From positions 1-64,000 of the IMG/VR virus record IMGVR_UViG_3300031857_000091: a stretch of DNA of 64,000 nucleotides. The stretch is one strand, 5' to 3'. Shown piece by piece: positions 28,069 through 37,100 of this stretch (positions are counted from its first letter, which is position 1; the number at the start of each line of letters is the position of its first letter). Both the position numbers and the translations under genes were made by a program. The notes beneath the pieces were generated by a model, which saw only the letters and a list, made by a program, of their open reading frames with translations, did no database searches and had not been told where the DNA came from. This DNA comes from a virus.

Positions 28069-29202
28069 ATGAGTAATTTAGCACAATTTGCCTTTGGAAA
28101 CAATCAAGTTCGAGTTGTTTTGATTGATGGTCAACCATGGTTTGTGGCAGCTGATTTGGCAAAAATTCTAGAATATGCCAACACAGGGAAAATGCTTCAA
28201 ATTGTGGACAAAGAAGATTCCGTAGAAATTAACCCGCAAAAGTTGGATAATGCCAAAATGGTACTATCCTTTAATAGCAATACTTTCAGGGTTTCATTGA
28301 TTAACGAATCTGGGTTATATTCCGTGATTTTTAATAGTACTAAGTCGGAAGCCAAAACTTTTAAACGGTGGGTAACTAGTGATGTCCTTCCCCAAATTAG
28401 AAAAACGGGAAAATATGAACCCCAGTCAAAACTAAATATCTACGCCCGTCGAGTACAGATAGCTTCTAAATGGGAAATACCTAAAGGTTATTGGTGCGTT
28501 TTTCATGAAATATCCTTACTAGCCAATAAAGTAGGGGAGACCTATCAAGTCGGCGAGTTTGACACTCCACTACCTAAAGGTGAGTGGATTCTTTAGAGGA
28601 GATAACTAACAAATGCTAGTCATTGCTCGAAGCAACCACATTGTCATATCGTGCCTTAGCACTAATACAACAGCAGTTCACAAGGCGGTGTCAATTGCCT
28701 TTATCCTGTCAGCTATTGCTTTCAGGTTACTTTTTGCTTACGTTTTTTCACTCGCTTACAGTCTTTCTTTATGGGGGCTGAGGCTGTAGTGCATAGCACC
28801 GAGTACCATTTCGGTTACTCATTTTTTCAACAGGTGTCCCGCCACAGGGTGTTTCACCCTACCAGTAAGGTCTTAGTTGCGTACTTTTATTTTACACTAA
28901 TTTCGACAAAATATAAAGCCGTCCTCAAGGACGGGGTTTCTACCCATTTTTCTGATGACTTGATCGACGGCAGTGTAGGTCAATGTTGGAGCAAGTATCG
29001 TAAGGCTTTTGATTGGATTCAGCCCACTATATTGTTTCCCATCTTTTTTGGTGATTCTCGAGACGCTGCTCATGTGCAGGTTCATGGGTACAAGAATAGC
29101 GAGTTACCCCACTTCCGTGATTGGCTAGAAAATATCTACACACTAGAGCGATTGCCAAAATATCTAACTGGCAAATATGGGCAATTGATGAAGCGAGATT
29201 GA
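28069..29202 (+). pseudogene. Bro-N antirepressor-like gene interrupted by a 396-bp element
   Basis: Bro-N motifs. Removing 28559-28954 gives in-frame ..QVGE-Y-DLIDGSVGQCWSKYR.. to the stop at 29202. Confidence 0.88.
28559..28954 (-). mobile_element. Non-autonomous IS200/IS605-family element (396 bp), copy 1
   Basis: Left-end hairpin CCGTCCTTGAGGACGG, right-end hairpin TCCACTCACCTTTAGGTAGTGGA ending in TCAA, TCAT target 5' of left end, no target duplication, no transposase ORF. Confidence 0.88.
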
Positions 29203-29243
29203 AAATAACATAAAATAGCAACAAAACCTCCCTCGCGGTGTTT

Positions 29244-29657
29244 TTAGCCATGTTTTTCAATATCTAGTATCCATTGCGGTGTGTGTGAGGTTTCTTTCGT
29301 AAAATACTTTTGACGGTCTAATTCGTCGATTATGTATTTCAATAATTCTTCCATGATGTCATAAAATTCCTGATAATCCATATCCCAGTAAGGAAGTGAT
29401 ACAGACAAAGCATCTGGATTGTATGGAGGTATAAACTTATCTCCATATAAGATTCTGTAAAAACCGTTTTTCAATCCATCCCCATCAATGACTTTGTAAT
29501 CATTTTCAGTAAAAACAACGTATGCTCCACACTTATATTGATTTGATGTCTCGTAAATAGCTTCCTCGATAAAAGGTTTGTTGTCAAGAAAGCTTAAGAT
29601 GGTATCAAGTAATTTATTTTTATCCATGTTTACCTCATGAGTTGCAATACAAAACAT
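29244..29657 (-). CDS. Hypothetical protein
   Basis: Probable start at MDKNK with GAGG RBS. Confidence 0.6.
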   Translation of the reverse strand: MFCIATHEVNMDKNKLLDTILSFLDNKPFIEEAIYETSNQYKCGAYVVFTENDYKVIDGDGLKNGFYRILYGDKFIPPYNPDALSVSLPYWDMDYQEFYDIMEELLKYIIDELDRQKYFTKETSHTPQWILDIEKHG

Positions 29658-29864
29658 GGTACAGCAAAAAGAATCTAGGTAAACAGATAGTGCTTTAGAG
29701 CAAATCTATTTTTGGAGATATAAATTACTAAAATCCATATATATCAAGGTTTAATGTGCTTCAGAGCAAATCCTGGGGATAGCTCCAAACACAAAAAACA
29801 CCTAGGAATAAATCTTCTTAGGCGTTTTTTGTATCAATAATCATTGAACTAACACTGTATCAAG

Positions 29865-30074
29865 TTAAGCCAACTCTGCATCAAGCAAATTTTTAAATTC
29901 ATCTGGGGCTATTGATTCCCAATCCTCAGCGATCGCTTTAAGATCCGCTTCGGTGATATTGGATAAACTATTATAGTTCGCTTCAGACAACGGTTCGCCC
30001 ATGATCATAATCTTGGGAGTTAAGTCAGGGCTAGGAGGTGGGAGAGTTATCGCTTGATCCACTTGATTTTTCAT
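29865..30074 (-). CDS. Hypothetical protein, end of capsid operon
   Basis: 69 aa, overlaps upstream gene; terminator at ~29793-29830. Confidence 0.5.
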   Translation of the reverse strand: MKNQVDQAITLPPPSPDLTPKIMIMGEPLSEANYNSLSNITEADLKAIAEDWESIAPDEFKNLLDAELA

Positions 30075-30411
30075 CTACTTGAACCTCATTGGATAAATCG
30101 GCTTTTTTTCTACTTGTTTTTGTAGGATTTGTCGGAATAAACGTAGAAAGGTCAATGGGATCATCTTTCTTTAAAGTTTTTTCTAATGGGTCACTAGGCT
30201 GTGTCAAGAAAAGTGGTAAAGGTTCTGCTGTGGGGGTAATCGCCCCCCATTCTAGGTACTTTTGATAATCAGGGTGTTTCTTTAGCCGGGTAAACTCTTC
30301 ATGAGTTAGATTATTTGTTCCCGGCTCTAGATTCACCCCATCAAAAGTAGTTGCACCTTTACGAGGGTTGGGCTTTTCTTTTCCAGGATAATAGAAAAGA
30401 GTAGTAATCAT
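30031..30411 (-). CDS. Hypothetical protein downstream of capsid gene
   Basis: 126 aa, coupled to capsid stop codon. Confidence 0.6.
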   Translation of the reverse strand: MITTLFYYPGKEKPNPRKGATTFDGVNLEPGTNNLTHEEFTRLKKHPDYQKYLEWGAITPTAEPLPLFLTQPSDPLEKTLKKDDPIDLSTFIPTNPTKTSRKKADLSNEVQVDEKSSGSSDNSPTS

Positions 30412-31358
30412 TAGTTATTGGTTATTGCTATAGGAAAATCTGCATACCTGATAGTTCTAGGATAATCAGCTTGAACACTAGAAACGCTCTTATATCCGTA
30501 GACATTATATTTCATTCCTTCTTGTACTGGAGACATGACGTACAATGGGGCAAAATGTCTAACTACGTTTTTGGATTGTAGATTTAAAAAGACTAATCTG
30601 TCTTTTCCTGTTCCAGATGATTGGACTCCATTAGCTTCAAGCTCTGCACTAGCTAACTCTGGCATAGGAACAACTATAGAAAGACTTGGTAAAGTTTTCT
30701 TTAGTGTATCCATGAGAGTATCCCCCACATTATCGCTACGAAAAGTCGTATTTAGCAACTTAAATAAAGTAGGAGGGACGTATAATGCGTTGGGCATCTC
30801 TACAAAGTTAGTAGAAGTCCACACTGCATAATATTCATTGGCAATAAAGTCAATGATGTTTTTTGAAGTTGCGTTCCCAGCGTATAGCTTGTAAGTAGAA
30901 GTGTTGCTTAATGTCACTTCTGGGTGATTGAGCAAGCCGTGCACTTGATGGGAGGGTAAACCGTAAGCGCATAACTGGTGGGATTTCACATCAATCATGC
31001 GACGCATTCCCATTAATCTCTCATCCTTGAAATTAGTCACTAATTGACCATTCTTAGAGGCAAATTCACTGGCTCTGAGTTCTGGGTCAGTATAAGAACA
31101 ACCTCCAAAAATATGAACGATACGGTATATATCTTTGCCTACAGTGACTTCAGACATGGGAATATCTTGAGCTGAGCCAGTCATAATAGATGCTTGACCG
31201 TAATGCCGAACTGTTTCTACAGTGATTGTTTCTGCCCCTACTGAGATATCTCCAATTTGAGGGCAGTACAATCCGTTATCTAAATACAGTTCTGGAAGTC
31301 TTTCGCGAAGTACGATAGGGAGCTTTTGCTCTAAATAATTTGATAAAATTGCTGACAT
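30411..31358 (-). CDS. Major capsid protein (DUF2184-like, HK97 fold)
   Basis: GAETIT, YTDPELRA, AYG..VHGLLNHP; canonical order protease-scaffold-cement-capsid. Confidence 0.85.
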   Translation of the reverse strand: MSAILSNYLEQKLPIVLRERLPELYLDNGLYCPQIGDISVGAETITVETVRHYGQASIMTGSAQDIPMSEVTVGKDIYRIVHIFGGCSYTDPELRASEFASKNGQLVTNFKDERLMGMRRMIDVKSHQLCAYGLPSHQVHGLLNHPEVTLSNTSTYKLYAGNATSKNIIDFIANEYYAVWTSTNFVEMPNALYVPPTLFKLLNTTFRSDNVGDTLMDTLKKTLPSLSIVVPMPELASAELEANGVQSSGTGKDRLVFLNLQSKNVVRHFAPLYVMSPVQEGMKYNVYGYKSVSSVQADYPRTIRYADFPIAITNN

Positions 31359-31372
31359 TTATTTAAGTAGTC

Positions 31373-31873
31373 CTATGGTAAGTTGATTTGAAGTTTTGCG
31401 ATTCCAGCTCCGGTTGTCGAGCTAAGCCATCTTGCTTGAGGAATAGCTACGGCTTTATCTACTGTTGAAACGGTGTCAGCAGTTTTAAGGAATTTGCCTA
31501 CAATAGAAGCTGTTCCTGCTGCGACTCGGAAAAAGACTGGGTCTCCAGGCGCTACGGCTACTTCTGTCTCTACCCAGATATCGCCTTGAATTAATACATC
31601 CATCTCTCTTTTGTCCCCATAGCCATCCACGCCGTCAGCAGTATTTGTGTCTTCATAGATGTAACTACGGACTGCAATACCGACAAGACTAGTTTTATTG
31701 GCTGCGGGTAATATTACGTCTTGATCTCCTGTTCCTTGTACTACTGCACGACCAAAAGCTAAAACGCCACCACTGGCATTAGTTTTGGAACGAATAGAAC
31801 AAGAATCAATCCCAGATGCAATAGCCCCAGGAATTCCAGGAGTTTGAGACAAAGAATAGTTAGTAATAGGCAT
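31373..31873 (-). CDS. Capsid cement/decoration protein
   Basis: LAFGRAVVQG, GIAVRS, GDIWVETEVAVAPGDPVFFR. Confidence 0.8.
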   Translation of the reverse strand: MPITNYSLSQTPGIPGAIASGIDSCSIRSKTNASGGVLAFGRAVVQGTGDQDVILPAANKTSLVGIAVRSYIYEDTNTADGVDGYGDKREMDVLIQGDIWVETEVAVAPGDPVFFRVAAGTASIVGKFLKTADTVSTVDKAVAIPQARWLSSTTGAGIAKLQINLP

Positions 31874-31876
31874 GAT

Positions 31877-32608
31877 TTAAGCTCTTATGATTGATTTGTG
31901 TGCATTTTCGATTAACTCAATGTATTCACGTTGAGCCGCTTTTAATGAGTCAGCGCGATCATTTGTGGCGACTGCGGTTGGCAGTACTACTTTTTCTCTG
32001 GCTGAATCGGATTGGGAATGTTTAACAGCAATCTCAAACATTGCGTTAATAGCCTCGTCTGAGCGAGTACCTAAAGATTCAATGGAGTCCCCGTATCTTT
32101 TTGTAATTACTTCTTCTTTTAGTTGGCGATTGCTCATTTTCTCTAGCACCTCTTCTTGAGCATCTAGTAGGGGGAATACTTGGCGCTCTAGCTTGCGTCT
32201 TTGAGAAACTCTTTCGTCGATTGAATCGGTAATGGCAGATGATTTAGCTTCAATCTCTTTAAGTAGTGCTTCTTCTTTGGCTTGCAGTTGTTCAACTTGC
32301 CCGCGTAACTCAGTCAATTCTTTTTGTGTCTCAGAATCAATGGAGTCTTGTACCGTCGTTTCTTTTTGTTCTAACTTTTCTATCTGATTGGTTAATTCAT
32401 TAACTTTATTTGTTAATTCACAAACTTTAGTAGATACAAAAGAATCTGCTAAATATTTTTTTCCGTCTAAAGCAATGGTTTCTAGCCCGTCTAACTTTCC
32501 TTGCAGTTCTGTTATCTTGCTATCAGCTTTATCAAAACTAATTTTAAGCAAAGCTAACTGAGATTCTGGAACGTCTAAAGCTACGCCATCACGTACAAAG
32601 TTCGCCAT
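31877..32608 (-). CDS. Capsid scaffolding protein
   Basis: Coiled-coil, RSDEAINAMFE, DSLKAAQREYI C-terminus; normally the C-terminal half of DUF2213 proteins. Confidence 0.7.
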   Translation of the reverse strand: MANFVRDGVALDVPESQLALLKISFDKADSKITELQGKLDGLETIALDGKKYLADSFVSTKVCELTNKVNELTNQIEKLEQKETTVQDSIDSETQKELTELRGQVEQLQAKEEALLKEIEAKSSAITDSIDERVSQRRKLERQVFPLLDAQEEVLEKMSNRQLKEEVITKRYGDSIESLGTRSDEAINAMFEIAVKHSQSDSAREKVVLPTAVATNDRADSLKAAQREYIELIENAHKSIIRA

Positions 32609-33180
32609 AGTTTTTCTTCCTCTGATTTAATTGACTGTATATTTTTTGTCCCAATATTGTAACTATCGAGATTTAATTTTAATTGCTCTCCACCTCTAGC
32701 TTTATCGACAATAGCGATATGATTGCCCACACGCTTTGTCTGAATAAATGTTTTAGGCTTGCTAGGGTGTGGAGTTAACTCTGCCCAGTACCCCATGCTT
32801 AGTTGATTAATACCTTCTTGAGTAACAGCTTTTATCGCTTTCGCGTCTCCCACTGTGAAGATTACTTCAACCAATCCTTTATTAAGGTTTGCGGTTACTC
32901 TGTCTCCCACAGACCCTATAGCATATTGACTATAATTCTCTGGGATAACAAGCTCTTCAGGGTGATTCAATGTGACTGGCAAGCCAGCGATACTCTCTAA
33001 GTGCTCCGAGTCAAACAAAGTATCAGGAGGCACGTATTGATAATAGACCTCTCCATCATTGGTTACATATTCCATTTCTCCGGCGCGAGCTATCGCCCCC
33101 TTGACTCTTAGTAAACCTGATTTAGTAAATGAAAATTCTGCTGTTCCTTTTGTGGCAAAATCCAGAAAGTATTGTAACAA
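32581..33180 (-). CDS. DUF2213-type prohead protease
   Basis: IARAGEMEY, GLPVTLNHP, QLSMGY, NHIAIVDKARGG. Confidence 0.88.
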   Translation of the reverse strand: MLQYFLDFATKGTAEFSFTKSGLLRVKGAIARAGEMEYVTNDGEVYYQYVPPDTLFDSEHLESIAGLPVTLNHPEELVIPENYSQYAIGSVGDRVTANLNKGLVEVIFTVGDAKAIKAVTQEGINQLSMGYWAELTPHPSKPKTFIQTKRVGNHIAIVDKARGGEQLKLNLDSYNIGTKNIQSIKSEEEKLWRTLYVMA

Positions 33181-33182
33181 AA

Positions 33183-33680
33183 TTACACCTCACATTTTTT
33201 TACAGAGTTTCCTACCAAGTTTTGAAGAATACACCGTACCCGAGAAAAAGGAATTTTTAATGTTCTGGCAATTTCTGCCATTGATACTCCTTCTGAATGA
33301 AGATAAACTACCTCAGCACTTATTCCTATCTGATTCTCTTTGCTCAACTTTGACCAATTAAACCCGCGTCTTTTGTTTCTACACGGAACATTCATTTTAG
33401 CCAAAATAACATAAAGAGTAGTGCTACTTATATTATGCACTCTTAATATAGTATTTGTCGATAAACCAGCTAAATAATCTGTGACTATCGCATTAAATTC
33501 ATCCTGTGACAAATTATTAATCGAGCATCTGATTTTTTTTAATTGAACATTAATTAATCCCACTTGGTACAATATACGATATACCCAGCTATAAGAGTAA
33601 TTAAGTTCTTTAGCAGTCTCTTTGACACTATTAGTTATTAGGTATGTGGCAATAACAGTCTTTTTTGTACTTTGCAACAT
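33183..33680 (-). CDS. Multi-HTH DNA-binding protein at head of capsid operon
   Basis: Three HTH-like segments (SVKETAKELNYS, STNTILRVHNISSTT, SMAEIARTLKIP). Confidence 0.7.
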   Translation of the reverse strand: MLQSTKKTVIATYLITNSVKETAKELNYSYSWVYRILYQVGLINVQLKKIRCSINNLSQDEFNAIVTDYLAGLSTNTILRVHNISSTTLYVILAKMNVPCRNKRRGFNWSKLSKENQIGISAEVVYLHSEGVSMAEIARTLKIPFSRVRCILQNLVGNSVKKCEV

Positions 33681-34100
33681 AGCTTTAAACCTTTTTACTC
33701 CTATTTACATTTTAACGATTTAAATATGAACGGTATCCTCCAATCACATTTAGCTGCAACAATTAAATTATTTGAGATTTTAAAAACTTATATTGAATGT
33801 AAGAACTATGGCATTCATGGCTTTTTTATTACAACTGCCAACAAAACGTTAAATGATTTGATGGCTGAGATTTTCTATCTTCAGTGTATCGAAAAATATT
33901 TAAACAATAGCCCCTATGAGTTAAGGAGACAAATAAAAGAAGTGCCTGTTTCTCTACAATTTAGGACACTTTCTGAGGGTTTGGTTAAAGAAATTAGAAA
34001 TGAAGCTTATAACCAGTATTTGACCTACGCACAATTCCCTCAATCCTGCTGCGTCAAAAATGTAAAATATGTTTTGGAGACACTAGAGAAAGATGCTTAG
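33672..34100 (+). CDS. Hypothetical protein
   Basis: ORF overlapping the tail fibre start. Confidence 0.5.
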   Translation: MQHSFKPFYSYLHFNDLNMNGILQSHLAATIKLFEILKTYIECKNYGIHGFFITTANKTLNDLMAEIFYLQCIEKYLNNSPYELRRQIKEVPVSLQFRTLSEGLVKEIRNEAYNQYLTYAQFPQSCCVKNVKYVLETLEKDA

Positions 34101-37100
34101 TCAGTACGGTTCTTTTCGTCAACAATTAGCTGCTGCTGATTGGAATCTATCGGTAATGTCAGGTGGAGACTTAACATCTAATGACACAATAGAGTTTTTT
34201 GTGCAAGCTCATAACAGAGTAGGGCTAAACAAGTTATCTACTGGCAAATCAATCACCACCGGGACAGGAAGCAAGATTAGATTAACCATTAATTCTTTAG
34301 CGATCGCTTCTGGGGAAGATACTTTTAAATTTGTTATTTCGGCTCGTCGAGGTTTAGACACACCTAAGCAAATAGCAGAAATATATATCAGGGAGTCTAA
34401 CCAGTACACATTCAAGCAATTGCCTATTAGTCTTGACTTTACTAAACCTGCTCACGTCTCAACGAATCTAACCCAAGCATTATCGACAGGGAATGACCGG
34501 ATTAATGGGCAAATAAGAATAGTAGAAGGGGTATCTTATCGCTACGATAGTTTGGCAACTACCGGGGCATTCCAATCATCTCCAGGTTATTGGGTCATAG
34601 ATAGTCGTGCTGGAATTGTAAATATTATCAATACAAAAGGGCAATATGGAGCAGACCAAAGAACATCGACGGCTAATTTAGTAATTCCAGCCAAATTAAA
34701 TACTGAGGGAGATATAAAAACAGAGCCTATTGTTTTTTGGTGGAGTAATAACTTAGATTCAAATCTAGGCAACTTTTCTCCCGCCGGAATGGGCTTGAAT
34801 TTAAAGATATATTTGAATGGTGCATTAACTAATAGCCAAAATATTCCTTATGCAAACTTATTTAGCAACTTAATTACAATCAGGTTTTTAGGTTACGTAA
34901 ATTTGGCTACAGGGGTAATTAATGCTTCGTTGCCAGATGTTAATGTAGAAAAACAATGGACTCCTACAGCTAGTGGGATAACTTTACCTGCCAATCTCGA
35001 CCCCGGCTATGCAGCTGCTTATGCTATATCTGTAGAATTTAGTGGCGACTTACTAGATACAATGATTGCTACAGCAGGAACAGTAGGAATCGAATTAACT
35101 AGAGAACCTACTCCTGGTGTTTACGAACCATCCACCGGAGTATTAGGGGATAGCGTATTAGAAGGTCTTTATGTATTGCCAGAGCAAATGTTGCCAGGAG
35201 TTGCGACACTAGCTAATTATCGAGTAACTTACCGGACTCCTAGCTTTTTTATTGGGTTAGAGCCTGATGCAGCTAACCAAAAAGTAGTAATAACTAATTC
35301 CCCTACAGGATTAGCAAGAGTTAGACAAGGGGACTTAGCCAATGGGCAATACTTAAGAGCAATAGTAGGGACATTACCAGGAACTCAAACAATTAGTTCT
35401 TTTTCAAGCATACAAGGAATATCTACCAATAATTCTATAGAGTTAACTATTAATTACCCAGTCAATTCAACTAATGGGTTAGCCACGGTAAGAGGGGATT
35501 ATCCTGATGTAGTAGCAGGGAATAATCAAGCAACATTTAACGTGCCGGAAATAATTATTTATCTGCATGATACAGCTAACAATATTTACTATAAGCTGCC
35601 ATCTATTCCAGTCATTGCTGGAGCTTCTCAACAAATAACTATTAGTAATTTAAATAATGCAACACAAATTAACTCCAATAATCTCCCATCCTCTAGTAGT
35701 AGCTTTGGTTTATTTGGTTATCTTAGTCCTACTATCGCAGTTAGTGGTGTTCTGGGTAATTTTCCTTTTACTCTCTTTCGCTTAGCGATCGCTTATCATT
35801 ATCCTGAAGATAATTTGGCTATTACTTCTGTTTCTCATGCAGCTAGCCAAGGGTGTTTACCGCAGGTTAGAAGCGCTTTAGTTGATTCCCTTGAAAATAA
35901 TCTGTACTGGTTGACTCCCGCTGCTACTGTAGCCATAGCTAGACAAATTAGTGCAGATAAACTTATTGATGGTGCGGTTTTATTAGTAATAGGAACTGAA
36001 ACACTTTATCGATATGATAGTTATTCTAGTGCTACTGATGATGGGGAATTGGTACTTAAACCTAATGCTCTTACTGGTGCAGGTAGATTTATTGCCCTTG
36101 CTAGTGGAGTAGGAAGCGGTGGGCTTGATGATTTAGGGTGGAGTACATCAGCTAAGGGTGAGTTAATAAGTTGGACGGGGAGCGCAATAACTATAGTTCC
36201 TAGAGGGCAAAATGGGTATTACTTAAAAAGCGATAATTCCTCCCCTAGTGGACTTTCTTGGGCAGAAGTTACGGTAAGTCCAGGCGTACTGTTTCCTTTT
36301 GAAGAGATAGCAAACCAAGTAGCTTATAATACCCCCACAGGGGGAATTGACGTTAGACCAATGTGGAATGAAGACACAATGGATCTTTCTCCATCTCGGT
36401 ATTGCTTGGCATATTCTAATGGAGGAACTTCTTTAGATTCTTATTTTGAGTTAATTCCTACACCATCTGGAACTACAAAAAAAGTTTTAATGTTTGACCC
36501 TGCAACAACTACGTATAGTTGGGTGAATTTTACTATTGCAGGTTTGCTAGATAGTTATGGAACTAGTACCGTCGTCCCACATAACAGTCAGTTATTTTAT
36601 GATGCGTCAATCAGTAAATGGAGTCCTAGAACAGAAAAAACTGAAATAAGATTACCTAATTTAGCAGACACTTTTATAGATTCTCCCGCCAATAATTATC
36701 CTTTGATTTGGGATAATACCATGAGAAAATTTATAGTAGGAATGCCAGAATTGAGCGAAATTCAAGGGTTAAAATACACTTCTAGTACTATCCCTATTCC
36801 TGGTGACAGCTTATGGAATAACACAAAAGTCTTAGTTAGCGCCAGAAACCTAGGACAAAACCTTCGTAGCACGCAAGATTCAATTGCTGTTATTAATGCC
36901 ACGATTTCTAGCTTATCTCCTTATATTACGGGAATATCTTCTTATCAATTCACTACAGCAAGTCTAAATACCAACAGACAATTTATCCAAATAGCAACTA
37001 CTTTAAATACTATTATTGGGGGGAATGTTTTTGCTTTAGAGTTATTTTTTAGACCTGAAGAACTTAGCTCAGGGAAGACTTATGCTTTAGCATCAAGAAA

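Noticed and set aside
28771-28954. MGAEAVVHSTEYH.. ORF starts (28771, 48010) and ORF 47905-48168 as real genes
   Set aside because: They arise inside the 396-bp element on its antisense strand. Only the part of 28771-29202 after 28955 is real and belongs to the Bro gene.
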